Of a DNA stretch of 64,000 bases, positions 24,158 through 36,620 are shown piece by piece. Each line of letters starts with the position of its first letter. Position 1 is the stretch's first letter. A program made the position numbers and the translations under genes. This DNA is from Takakia lepidozioides (Eukaryota; Plantae; Bryophyta), in contig CM060733.1 of assembly GCA_030704615.1 (NCBI GenBank), positions 38,874,001 to 38,938,000 of the forward strand, given 5' to 3'. Below the pieces are notes generated by a model, which searched no databases, was not told the origin of the DNA, and saw only the letters and a list, made by a program, of their open reading frames with translations.

Positions 24158-24636
24158 GATGAACTTCGGCGCCGAATCTCATCCAAGTACTCCCTTCTAA
24201 TTTTCCTTTTCCTTCGCGAGCAATGAATTTCGGCGCCGAAATTCATCCGAAGTCCTCCCGAAATTTTTTTTTTTCTTCGCGAGCAATGAATTTCGGCGCC
24301 GAAATTCATCCGAAGTCCTCCCGATATTTTTTTTTTCTTCGCGAGCAATGAATTTCGGCGCCGAAATTCATCCGAAGTCCTCCCGATTTTATTTTTTTTC
24401 TTCGCGAGCAATGAATTTCGGCGCCGAAATTCATCCGAAGTCCTCCCGATTTTATTTTTTTCTTCGCGAGCAATGAATTTCGGCGCCGAAATTCATCCGA
24501 AGTCCTCCCGATTTTAATTTTTTTCTTCGCGAGCAATGAATTTCGGCGCCGAAATTCATCCTTATTGTCCGCAATGAGTAACTCTAATATTACATTTTCT
24601 ATGCGACGGATGAATTTCGGCGCCGAAATTCGTCCA
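24158..24636. repeat. 62-63 bp tandem array built on the 24-bp perfect palindrome ATGAATTTCGGCGCCGAAATTCAT
   Basis: Perfect palindromes start at 24223, 24286, 24348, 24411, 24473 and 24536, with degenerate copies at about 24159 and 24610. The intervening sequences are near-identical. Confidence 0.97.
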
Positions 24637-25923
24637 AACCTGACTCTTACTATTTGCTTCTAGATGATATAATTTTCGGTAAATCGTTGGAAATACCCCG
24701 TTCCGACGAAGATAACATGAATATTCTGCATTTAATGGATAAATCGGCATATTGAACCCCTTCTGTCAAAATTAATTGCATTTTAGCCGTTTTTTTCATT
24801 TGAAACCGACAGTATCCATTAAGTGGTCTTTTTCGCACGGGACGTTGCCGCACATAAAGTATAATTTCGGCGCCGAAATTATAGTTAAATGTCCAGAAAT
24901 GGCAAGTCCAACAGGCATGGACAGCATCCGTCAGGGGCAATGATGGCGGCAAAGCATAGCATGGTGCCGATTTAGTCTTCGCTCTGGATGAATTTCGGCG
25001 CCGAAATATGGATGATTTCACCTCGTCTACGCGCGGACGGAGATATTCGTAATGAATTTCGGCGCCGAAATATGGATGAAATGTGCCCAAGTGCAGCCGT
25101 TTCCACTGTCCCGGAATTAATTCCGGCTCCGATATCCCACTGACAGGTTTGTTCATGACGAATGAGGACTTGGGAAGCGATGAATTGCGGCGCCGAAATT
25201 TGTAAGTTTGTGTACGAAAGCACTTGAATAGGATGAATTTCGGCGCCGAAATTCATCCGTCCGCTGATGAAACGTACCGACCTGACTGTTGAATGTCATA
25301 GGCAGGGGATTTTCATGGCGGTTGGGTTTCATGATGTGCGGATATTTCATTCAATGTCGGCTGCTCCGGGAACAGCATCCGGTGAACGGAAGGTATTTCG
25401 GTGCCGCAATTCGGATAAACCGTCTTGTACTGGTGGCTGGAACTGGCACGCGTCGTGTTCCAGTCGACTTCATCCGTGCGAACGTGTCAGGGGTCACAAT
25501 CTCTTCATCACCCATACGGCAGAAAGTGGTGGACGGTGGCAACGCTTCGGGAGACGTGGCTGCTTACACATCTGCTCGTGCATAGTGGTTGCATGTTCCA
25601 CCGCTTCGCTCTCTCGCTCCTTGCCCTTCTGCAGTGACATTCTCCTGCGTTTCCTCTCCTTATGCGGCATAGTGGTAGCATAGAGTTTGTGGAAGGTCAG
25701 GCAACTCCGGCAAAGAGAAGGAGGACGCGGGATTTTGGGAAGCCGCCGACGACACGACTTAAGCTCCGTCTCATGCATGAAATGCAGACCTCGTTATCCG
25801 GAGACTCGGATCGCCCACCAGTGAGAGATTCGTGCTTTGCGGATGTGAAGCACTCCATACGCAATATTCCTTTTACACCTTTTTTTTTGCGTGCAGTGTC
25901 TCATGTTTTCCTGTTTGTTTGAC

Positions 25924-27577
25924 ATGGGAGCTGGGGAGGGATCGCAGGGGGGCGAAGCAACACAGTCAACTTTGGATACTCCTGCCCGGGTGCTGCGCTC
26001 GCAAGGTGGAAGTGCATCGAGGCAGGCGAGTCCTCATTCAACACCTCAGATATCGCCTCAGAAAAGCCCACCTAGAGTTCGGAAGTCGAGGAAGCAGAAG
26101 GAGCCCATGGCTTCGCCAGTAAAACCCCTAGGGAGACTGGAAGCGGAGATATTGGGTTTGCAGTCAATTTCAAAAAACACGGATGCGGTGGAGGCCGCTG
26201 GAGATGTGGGAGTTGGATCTGCAGAAGGGCGGCCCATTGAGCTGACAGAAGGAGAGGACGACAACGTGGTACGACTTGGCGACGATCAGAACCTGCTGGA
26301 GCTTGCGGAGGAGCAAAACCTCCAGGACATTTCCTTCTCTGCAGACTCTTATCTTTCAGGCATTTTGCTTCGTGAAGAAACATTAGAAATTCAAATTACG
26401 TGAAACAGGAAGACTTGTTGATTCCACAGTTGATCCACTGGAGTATAACGTCCTGTTCAACCATGTGGGAGAGAAGGACATTCTTTGTGATTTGTCGGGC
26501 AAGCCATGGAGGTATGGCAGGACCAGGAGTCCTGCATTCATCCCAGACGCTCATGGAAACATGTACGGATGTTGAAGGCAGGGTCCTCACATCACTGCAA
26601 ATACAGGTGAGAACGTTAATTGAATGCGGCACCAAAATTGACACCATTTCCGTTTGTGTATGTTTGCTTGTGCGAGGAAGCGACTCATTCTTGAGTTTGG
26701 TTGTGGTTGTGTCGTATGAATTTGCAGGTGCCTGTATGTGGGCGGGAAGGATGTCGAACCGATTTGTGTTCTCATTTGAGGGGGATACGGCCTTGTACGA
26801 TTACAATTTGGCGGGCCTTCAGCGTTTGCCTCCGACTGAGGATCCCAAAAACGCAGAAGATGACGTGGAAGGGGAGGAGGAAGATGAAGAGGAGGAAGTC
26901 CAGGAAATTCGTTCGATGCAGGGGCGCCCGAAGCCGCTTCCCCCAATGCCTGTCTTCGAGTGAGTTGCACCATAGTAAGTGTATTGGTTTCGGTTGTAGG
27001 GACCATGCAACCTGCCGATGATTCCCTGTTTGAATTCTCTAATGTACTTCATTCTATGTTTGTGCGTACACTCAGCCTTGCAGAGTCGTCCGACGAGGAG
27101 AAGCTGGGAGACTTGCCCGAATCGGACCCTGTTGCAGAGGAGGAGACAGAATCGCATCGGCCATTCTTTGCCAGAAAATCGTTTCTCGCGAGTCCCCAGA
27201 AGCCTTTTTTTCTACCAGCCTATGCAGACACGGCTGCCAGAGAAGCCATCAGGAGGGAGGATAGGCCTACTCGGTTAGAGCAATTGACATACGGGAATGA
27301 GCAGAGAATTATAATGAGGCGTGAGGCCAAACATAGAATTGTGAAAGACAGAGTAGGGAAGTTCGTAATAGAATCCGCGTCCGAGAGCGAGGGGAATGTT
27401 GAGGACACTTCCGCACCCAGGTGGACAGTTCCGGCTGGTGAGGATGGTATTTTTGAGGGGAGGGCTTCTCAGAGTAACAGCGGTAGCGGCAGTGCAGGTT
27501 CGGAGGCAGGTGGAAGGCAGCCATCCTTGCATGAGGCCGGGGATGCATCGGACAGTGATAGCGGATCCTCACCATAG
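25924..27577 (+). CDS. Putative multi-exon acidic, Ser-rich accessory gene of the MULE; exon structure approximate, with a likely frameshift near 26400
   Basis: Consecutive coding-like ORFs at 25924-26403, 26400-26963 and about 27075-27577. Intron-like signals CAG|GTGAGA (~26607) and TTTGCAG (~26727). Contains acidic tracts such as EGEEEDEEEE. Confidence 0.55.
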
Positions 27578-28999
27578 CAAAGTTTCATTTGGATCCTTTT
27601 GTTGTACAGTTCTGAAACACTTAATGAAAATATTGACGATTTGAAAAATCATTGTGTTCAGACTGCTTGTCCGATTCCCTACATTTCTTCGCCAACCAAA
27701 ATGTATAATAAAAGCAGAAGAGACGCAAACTTCAGTGAAGAACCCTACAAGTAATTTATGCACACCATCGAGCCGAGAACTTGAAGCCATGAAAACCCTG
27801 CCGTTTCTAACATTCCTATTGGGAAATTTGGCGCCGAAATAGCCCAATGCGCGCCTTCGTTATATGGGCCTCAAAAATTCCACGGATGAATTACTGTACC
27901 AAAATATCGCGATGGAAGCCTTCAACACAAGGCACTTCAGCACATTCCACTTGGGTATTTCGGCGCCCAAATAGCCCGTTCTGCGCCATTAAATACCGCA
28001 CTATATCACATTTTAAGAGGTAATTTCGGTGCCAAAATACCCCGGTGGATGTCTTCAAAACACCATTTAGCACACTGCTCTTGGAATAACGGCGCCGAAA
28101 TACCTCATTCCGCATCCTGGACCAGGAGAAACAGACCCTATTACCGAGGTAAGAGGACATAACACCGTCAATAAAGGCAGGAAAATTCCAATTCCGCGGA
28201 TGTCCGCTCATGAGCTCATAGGCTCATGGGCTCATGGGCTCATGCGCTCATGAAATAGTAAACCTCGTGGTGCACCGCCCTTATCACAAACCTGATCCCT
28301 CGGGTTTGATCATTGCTTACGAAGAAGGCGGCACCGCTTCTTCTTGCACAGAAGCCAAGCAGGAGCTCTAACGTTTCTCTTTAAGCAAGCTGATACCCTT
28401 TGCGTAGGTGGAACTTTCTCAGATATCCTGTGCTGCCAACACCACTGTAGCAGCTGCGAAAAGATGCATGCACTCTTCCCCTTCGAATTTCACCTCCTGC
28501 TTCTAGGGTTCAACATCATGGATGAAAATCATTCATCCTAGGGATGAAAAAGGTGCATGTCATAACTTAGCCATATTTTGTTCTTGGCAGATCAATAGCA
28601 TAGTTTTTCCATGGAATTACCTCAAGTTATGGACAATTCCTCCCCTTCATTAGCACGAAGGGCACTCCCTTTGTAGTAGTGCCGAAACCTGATGCCAAAC
28701 TTGAATTTTTACCCCCTGCATTCACACTACAACTCAAATGACAGTAACACAATAAGATGCACCATTCACTGTCAATGCCTGCAGTTCACACTGCGACAGT
28801 AATTTGACAAACTCTATCACAAGGTTGATTACTGCCACAACTTAAGCACAAATGAGGCTGGCAATGGCACAAGGGAGTCACACAAAAATTCGACCACGGA
28901 GTGTACCACACTACAAAGTATGTTACCTGGCGAGGCTGAATGGCTCGAGGGCTGATAGCTTGTTGCCCAAATGTGGGTTGCCCTTTGAGATATTTTGGA

Positions 29000-29548
29000 A
29001 TGCTCGGAGCCTTAGCTGCCCCCTCCAAGAAGGGCCATAAGCTGGTCAGAAGAAAATTATCATTGTGCGCCTCTACAGAACGACTTCTCTAAGGCAGTGG
29101 GAAAATTGCGCTGTATGCTGGATTGTTCGACCCCTTTGCGGTGTGTCGTCAACAAGAAGAGTCGTTTCAAGATTCCAGTCACGGTTGCCCCGCCACACTG
29201 TAGATAGGTTCTTCAAAAACCGTGGTTTCATGGGCAGGCTCCCATCCATGTCAGTGGACTGCTCACAATATCCCCCATCCCACTTGAATGCAAGGTCACC
29301 GTGCCCATGGAAAAGCCAGTCCACTGTGGGTAGGAAGTTACGTGGTTGCATACAAGACCATGCTGCCACTTCAAAGTGTTCAAAACACTTGTCCAAAAAA
29401 GCTTTGCAACCAGGCCTTACAACGACCCTCTTGCTACCACATATTTGTGCTCAAGGCCATTTTGGAACCACAAATGCATTACCACTCTCCCGACATGGAC
29501 GCACTCACACAGCAAGCCATTAATATCTAGGATGAGCAAATGCTTGCC
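29000..29548 (-). pseudogene. FCP1-homology (NIF/HAD-like phosphatase) domain pseudogene
   Basis: KHLLILDINGLL at about 29545-29510, then in a shifted frame RPGCKAFLDKCFEHFEVAAWS...FLKNLSTVW...TLLVDDTP. Confidence 0.75.
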
Positions 29549-32500
29549 CTTCTCCACTGTTCTGTGCACGACATTCTCCTTCATGAATGTTTTGGGAGTG
29601 GAAGTGACAACCGTGGGTTGCTGGGTAATATCTGCCAGAGGGAAACAAGGTCAATGTTTTCAGGGTTCTCTCCAGATGCCCCCCACCGCGACACCAGCAG
29701 GCCGGAGTTCTGCATGCTCCTCCACTACCGCACAGTGTGACAAAACTGCACGAGGACGCGTAATTCCTTGATAGGGGTGTCCTCCCCTCCACCTGGGCCA
29801 ACATGCTCCACCTGCACATCATCCCTCGAATGCATCAACTGGAGTGACGTTACCTGGTGACAATGCCAAGCAAGTCAAACCTGTCCTCCAGACGTCTCGA
29901 GGCTGAAGGGCCAGCGATGCACGAGATGTTTGCTATGGATGAGCCCACTAAGGCAGTTGAGGAATGCTGATCCCAAATTTCTTTGCCATGGCCTTCTGGT
30001 ACATCATCACATGCGATATTGTAGCCTTCAAATCCATTATATCTTTGTGTTGTGCACCCTGTGCTCTTTCCATATCCTCCACTTTGCGAGCAACTGCTGA
30101 ATACCCAGAGGTCCCCTCCTGCCAGGGCCCGCAAGTCCATGAACCATGAACACATGAGAAATCATGCCGTTGGTAGGGAAATGCCTAGAACAAAATAATC
30201 GACAAAAAATGGGAGAAAGAATGATCTGCTCGAATCTCACCATCCGCTCGCTGGTCAATGTTCTGCTTACTGAACCTTCTTGGATTTCATGCAACGATGG
30301 ACTTTGGGCCTCGCTCCTGTGCCTGCATTGGAAATTGCCCAAGCATGAGTGCAGGCTAGTTTCCTCACCATCAAGGCATGGTTGAAACAATCAAGTGCAA
30401 ATTATCTCTTATAATGAGTTTCATTTCATTTGGGGAATGGCCTTAATACAAATTATTGGTGCCTCCAGAACTCAGAAAGCAACAATTTCTGGAGCTTCAC
30501 AACTCTGCCAGTACACATAATCTGAAATCAGAGAATGAGAGCAGCTCTCAGGCAACGACATCGACACAATATGTCTAAGCAGAAACTGGTGAAAATCACT
30601 CGTCACATAGACCTCGCACTCCCCCGATATAACTTTCAAACGATTCTACTTGCCTTTCTTGATGAACATGAGGGACAACTTACATGAAGTTGCACCACTA
30701 TTCTGACCATGGCGAGACGCCAATTGGAAGAAATACAGAATGTAACACAAGGCATAACAAATTGCAAAACTGGGTCTCTATCCCTTCAAGAAGTCTGGCA
30801 ACTGTTTACTTCCCACTTGCTAGGACCAAGTACTTACGATTGCAACCTCGCCCAATTTTACAGATGACTACTACGTAGCACTCACAAAATACTCCTTCCC
30901 CACAAAAAACGTCCACAGTGATTCGCTATTGAAGTGAATCTTGGACACACCTCCACCCTTAAAGATGCGCTAGGTAGGGTCTCCCTGCAATAGAAAAGGC
31001 TAGTAGCACTCGGGAACGAAGCGTAATTCAAGATACCTGCCTCCCCCCCTAAAGAAAAGCCTACAAGCACTTTCTGACAAGGTGAATGAACACTTTAGTT
31101 CACTCCACAGGCAGCACCCCTTCAAGACGCACCCCTTCACACGCTGGTCAGATCTAGGATCTGCACCCTTATCAAATGCATATTGCTAGGTTGTTTTGAG
31201 TTGAATGATTTGTACTTCGAATTACAATTCTCTACTGTCATGTGGCGGAATTCAATCTTCTCATGGGCTGTCACAGATGTAAGTCCCAATTTTTTTAGAG
31301 CTTGATCAGATTGGGTTTAAGTGGGGTCACAGCATCAAGCCTGTATGCCCTTCCTGGAAGGGAGAGTAGACACTAGACACCTCAGAGCCAGAAAAAAAAA
31401 CTCTTTTTAAAATGTGATGTTGGTGTCTGGGATTGACTTGTATTTTATGACTCTTGGGAAAACCTTGTCACAGCAAATAGTGCTCCCCCAAATCTATGCA
31501 CTGCACTAACAATCCACTGTTCTGCAGATTTTGGTTGTTCACTTCAAGAGATTGGGCAGGTACAGGTTTACTAACGGTGATCCACAAGCTGCAGGCTTCC
31601 GGAGTTTCTGTTCAACTTGTCCGTCAAATGCCACCAACGAACAGGGCAATTGTCTCACTCCTGGCCATCAGTAACTTAATAAATCCAGTTAAGTTTGGAA
31701 TTTGAAGACAAACTCTGAAATTTTGCTGTAGATGAAGCACCTGCCCTTTCCACTCTAGAGAGTATGGAAGTATGGCCTTCCAAATTAGTATAAGACTTTT
31801 AAGAGAGAAGTACTTTCATCTATTAGTACCTTCCTCGCCTTCATTGACCAATTTGAATCCGTGGCTTCACCCCAAGTTCAGCATATAGGCAGATTTGCAT
31901 GCACCAATGCTGCACTCTCAACAAGAGTTCAGTCAAGAGATGCCGAAAGCAAGGTCAGACGACATGGTGCAAGACGTCAAAAATCACAGCCAGCCCTCTC
32001 CTCCCAGACATCCAACACTCAACGAGTAAAAGGAGTCACCGTTCTATCGCAACTATTAAGGCATCTTTATTTGGTGCATAGAGACCAGAAAAGATGTTAT
32101 CTTTGAAGGAGTAATTGGCTTGAGTTTGCTTCGAAAGAACTGGAATGCTATTGCAAGAACTTGCAAGCACAATCAGCTTCTATTTCTACCAAAAGACAGC
32201 AATAGCATTCCCGAAAGTGGAAACGAGCCACAGTCCGTGCATTTCTGTACAATCCTCCAGGGGCATTCATCATTACTGACAATCACAGCCACCGCAACGC
32301 CCTCCAACATTACTGACTGTTCACTCTTCAAATTCACAACCTTGAAGGCAACATGAGCAATTGTACAGCTGGAAATGGAAGTAAGTCAAGTATACCCCAA
32401 TTAGACCAACAACAATCCCTAATATGGGTAGTGATACAACAGGACATGACATCAGTCTCCAGGTTAAGGCCAGCTTTTCGCCACAAGTTCTGAACTTCCA

Positions 32501-34693
32501 TAGTCCATCCACAATGTACATAAGGTTTCGTCATGCAATATTTTTAACTAATGACACTTTTCAGCTGTAACATTGCTGGGATTGATATGCCGAACCACAG
32601 TTGCAAGCACACTTCTAAACATGTTATCGTCTCTGTTCTGGAGATAGAGAATAGAGTGGATCTTACCAGTCTGGCACCTCATTCTCACCTGGATACTTGC
32701 AAGGTAGTGGTAACACCTGTTAGGACAATTCATCCCCTTTGTCAGACCACTTCACATAAAAGAATGTACTCATAAGACGTTGTTTGCCGTCGTAGCCTTG
32801 TGGCCATTGACCCGCGCCCAGTTTGACCGGAAACCAAGGGACAGAAACAACCTCTGTCAGGGGCTGACTTACTTTACACAAAGAATTGGTTTTCCAGATA
32901 TCCGCTAGAAATCCTCCTTCACACAAACTCAATCTGCTGTGTGTGATTTGCCCAAAAACTAGGCCTCAGAAAGGGCCTGGGCTTTTGGCTCAGGCCTCAG
33001 CACCCTCCAGACTTTCAAGTTAAAGTTCTAACAGAGGTACAGGCACAATTCTCTTGAATATTGGAGAGAGCTTCTTCTGGTGAGGTACCCCGGACAGTGA
33101 ATCAGAAAATGAATATTGTCTTCGGGTTGCCCACACAACGGGCAATTGCACTCTCCTTTCCTCCTCTCTGCCTCTGTTTACTGTTCAAGGTAGGCTTCCT
33201 GCCCTGACTTCACATAAAAGAATGAGTCTAATAGCTTACCTACACGATTGGCCAGCTAAACTTCTCCACCGGCAGCAAGCTGTCCCTAAGAGAAATTTGT
33301 GTTCCTCAGACTTACATGAGGGTCAAGAGCCCATCATCGGCACGGGTTTCGCCACAAGGTAGCCGCTCTGTCCATCTCAAAAATTTCGTCGCACACGCTT
33401 GCCACCTCAGCGCCAAGCATGTACGAGCGCATTGACAATCAACGTATGAGAACAAACTTAATACGAGCTGCCATGATCAGAATGTGCATCCGAAATGCAT
33501 CTGAGGCTCATCTAACACGCTGACCCTACAGATATTTTGGCGAGAGATATTAACCTCCGGCTGCAATAAGAAATCCGTTGTTTTAAAGGCCCATGTCTCC
33601 GCTTGTAGTTGTACTACCTTACTACCTTACCTGGTTTTCTCCTGCCCTACAAGTCGTTCTCCCGAAAGTTGCTGAGAAATATCTTGAGCGTGGGCAAAGT
33701 CATTTCAAACCGGCTAACATCACGATCAAGCCGCTGCTCTCACTGCTGGACAGACTCTGCATTAATATATAATTGAGTATCACCCACCCGACTAAGACCA
33801 TAGCAATACTACTAATGCTTGACGCTCATTAGACGACGATCGAAGACGAATAAAGTCCATCATGGAGCCATATCCATTAAAACCACATTCTCTCACCTCC
33901 TTCTCACCACATACCGAGGTTGCTGAGAGAAGGCAGGAGAAGCGGATGAACCGGCGATGGCAACCCCCTTACTGTCGAACTCTCATCAGAACGAGCTGTT
34001 GTTGAAAGGAGCCTTGGGAACACTCTTCCTCCTCCTTGGGAAGAATTTCCTTCGCTTCAGTCGGCTTTTCCACTGAAAGTCTTTACCAGGTCCAGGGCCA
34101 TAGCATCCCGCACACGCCATACCGGACCACGCTTGCTCTGTCTTTCCATCATTTATGTAACTTGGATTTGAAGTCCCTCTCCGCTTACGGGGTGCCATCC
34201 ATCCCTGCATGAGGCGGCGACTCTATAATCGACCTAACGTGCACTTACACCCATGGCCGAATACATTGGCAAGCGAGAAGCAATGTTTGCTAAACAGCAA
34301 CTTGCTCTACACAACAAGAATCAACCCGTCCAAACACTCCGATGTCTAAATCTCGTGTGGATGAGACGAGAAATGGCTTCCTAGGATGAACTGTGGAAGA
34401 AGGGAAAGAAGTATTAGGGAAGGGTCGTTCCCAAGGCCCTTCCTGAATTTGAGAGCACCGCGGAAGGTACTTCCCGCAAATTGGGGAACCCTTCCAAATG
34501 CGGAAGGTACTTCCCGTAAATCGGGGGAACCTTGCGGCCAAGGTCCTTGAGAATCTTTTCTACTCTCTTCTGCCAGGACTTACCCTGTTTGACATTATAA
34601 ACAACAATCAGCCAAGGCAAAGAGGGCAAAAAGACTGGTGTGTGAACTTACAAGCCGAGCCTCAACAGATGCCTTCCCACCACGTCCTGTTTT

Positions 34694-35447
34694 TTAAGGC
34701 TTCTTGATTGATGAATTTGCAACCTTCATGAGGGCACTTTTTGCGCTGAATCCTACTGTCTGCCAATACGATACCAGCCTGTCCCAATGAGCTTCCTTCA
34801 GATGCGCAGGCCTCCCCTCGCCTGCCTTGTACAGTGCATGGATCTCGTGTCTTTGGGTTTTCAAGGCAATGCCAAGTGTCTTCCTCATGTGCTCATAGTC
34901 AAGACCACGTGGCGTGTACGCAAATGTAGAGTTTAGAATCATGTATATTTCTTCAATGACAGATTCATCCTGCGCTGCAATATGCATTGACATGTCACAC
35001 AAACGCCACATCTGGCCTTTGAGGGCTGCATGCCAGGTATTGCGTGCTGGTCCAATGGGCTCTCCAGCTTTGTCAACCGGAAGCACTTGAGGGGGGAGTC
35101 CATCTTCCTCTCGCGCATCATGGTTTCGGTTGCCTCTCTGCCTCTGCCCACTGGCACGCCTGTTCGCGCCGCCTCAAAGCATTAGCTCGGTCCTTCTTGG
35201 TCATAGGGATGTCTTCCTTTGCCTCCTCAGGTGGTGGGGCAGCTAGGGGTTGCCATGGGGAATGGGGGGCGGGACGGTATCGCCCACCGTATGGCCCAAA
35301 AGGTTTGTATGGTGGACGTGTAGATGCCGGGTAAGCATGTGGGTCTGGGAGGTAAGGGGGAATAGGCGGAGGAGAATGGGCATATGGCTGCTGTGGGTAA
35401 CCACCTGGAGGGGGCTTGTATTGGATGTGCGGGTTGTAAGGCCCCGC
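34694..35447 (-). pseudogene. CACTA/En-Spm TnpA-like (Transposase_24-like) fragment with a Pro-rich N-terminal region, interrupted by an LTR
   Basis: RPAHLKEAHWDRLVSYWQTVGFSAKSALMK resembles the PxxxxxxxWxxLVxYWxxxxxxxKS motif of plant En/Spm ORF2 proteins. Confidence 0.6.
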
Positions 35448-36380
35448 TGTTAGAGGACTGTCTGGGACTTAGACACTTATAAGGGATCTGTAGGGTACCC
35501 TTAATTTTTGCACAGACTGAGACCAACAGGAGCCTTAGGGGGGTGACCAGCGCACTTTAGAGGGGGGTTACACAGCCCGACACAGCCCATCACAACCAAC
35601 ACAGCGCGTCACAACCGACACAGCCACACAGCCAAACACAGTCGCACAGCCAGTCACAGCCCGACACAGCCTGTCACAGTTTCACACAGCCAGTCACAGC
35701 TTGACACAGCTGTCACAACCATAGGGAACGGATAGCAGGATAGGGAACAACTGTGGGGAACAACACCTGTGAATGGAACATGTTAGTTCATGGACGACGG
35801 TTAGTGAGGAAAACGGTTAGAACAACGGGTAGGAAGATAAAACTAGGAGCAAGAGAAAGAGAGGATTGATTCTTGAGATCACTGGGGGGGGGGGGGGGGA
35901 CTTCGGACATCACTAAAGGAAAATGAGACAGAGAGCGTATCTCTGAGCAGAAAGAGGGAGAGCACGGAATATGAGGAGGATGATCTGTTGTTACTTGATG
36001 AATGCAAACTATAGAATTGTAATGTAGAGTAGATTAGAGACACCATGACTTTAGCCTGATACTTGATAGATATTAATCTGATACATACTTCATACTCACA
36101 CTGTGTAGAGAGACCTGAGTGAAGCTGTGGAATGAATGGATGAGTTGATGGAATCCGATAGATTGATGAAGCAAACTGATACTTAATTATCAATAGTAAG
36201 GTAGCCTGCTAACATGAATGCGGGAAGGAAAACAAATAGGAAACACCCCCGTGATACACTAGCTGTAGGTTATGACTGATTGTTCTGAGCGGGGCTGAGT
36301 ACTTAGAGATTTCCAACTCTTCTATCTTGGAGTTTCCGCCTCGGATAGCGAAGGGATGGGTGAGTAAAAGCCGCGCGACA
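35448..36380 (+). mobile_element. Solo LTR (TGTTAGAG...GCGCGACA)
   Basis: Bounded by TG and CA, and an inverted homolog of 36621-37638. No adjacent PBS or PPT, and no clean TSD (cccgc versus tttgc). Confidence 0.7.
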
Positions 36381-36620
36381 TTTGCGACCATACTGGGGAA
36401 CTGGGTCATGAACAACCAGATGTGAAGGCATCTGGTGGGATCATGGTGGTTGGAAAATTAAAGAATTTGATGTGAATCAAATTCCTTGTGAAACTGAGAA
36501 GGAAAGATTGTCCAAACGATTCTTCCAGAGGTTTTTGGAATTGCCAGACGGTTGTAAAGAAAACATTCTTAAGAGAGTGCATGATGCTGACCTTGAGTGG
36601 GGTCTGGAGAAAGGAGTGAT

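Larger units (their letters stand above)
20871..28266. mobile_element. Mutator-like (MULE) TIR element, 7.4 kb, probably non-autonomous, carrying accessory genes
   Basis: Termini GGGGGTTGCTATTCCATGAGC and GCTCATGAAATAGTAAACCTC are imperfect inverted repeats with subterminal GCTCATG clusters. Flanks gtggtgcact (20861-20870) and gtggtgcacc (28267-28276) form a 9-10 bp TSD typical of Mutator. Contains a SWIM zinc-finger gene; no DDE domain recognised. Confidence 0.85.

Noticed and set aside
24103-24536. Repetitive Lys/Arg-rich ORFs
   Set aside because: By-products of the 62-63 bp tandem array; the variable T-tracts shift the frame.
24158-24636. CRISPR array
   Set aside because: The sequences between the palindromes are near-identical rather than unique spacers, there are no cas genes, and the context is a eukaryotic transposon.
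31400-33200. Decayed minus-strand coding-like tract with Cys clusters (possible transposase)
   Set aside because: Too many stops and no diagnostic motif that I could assign.
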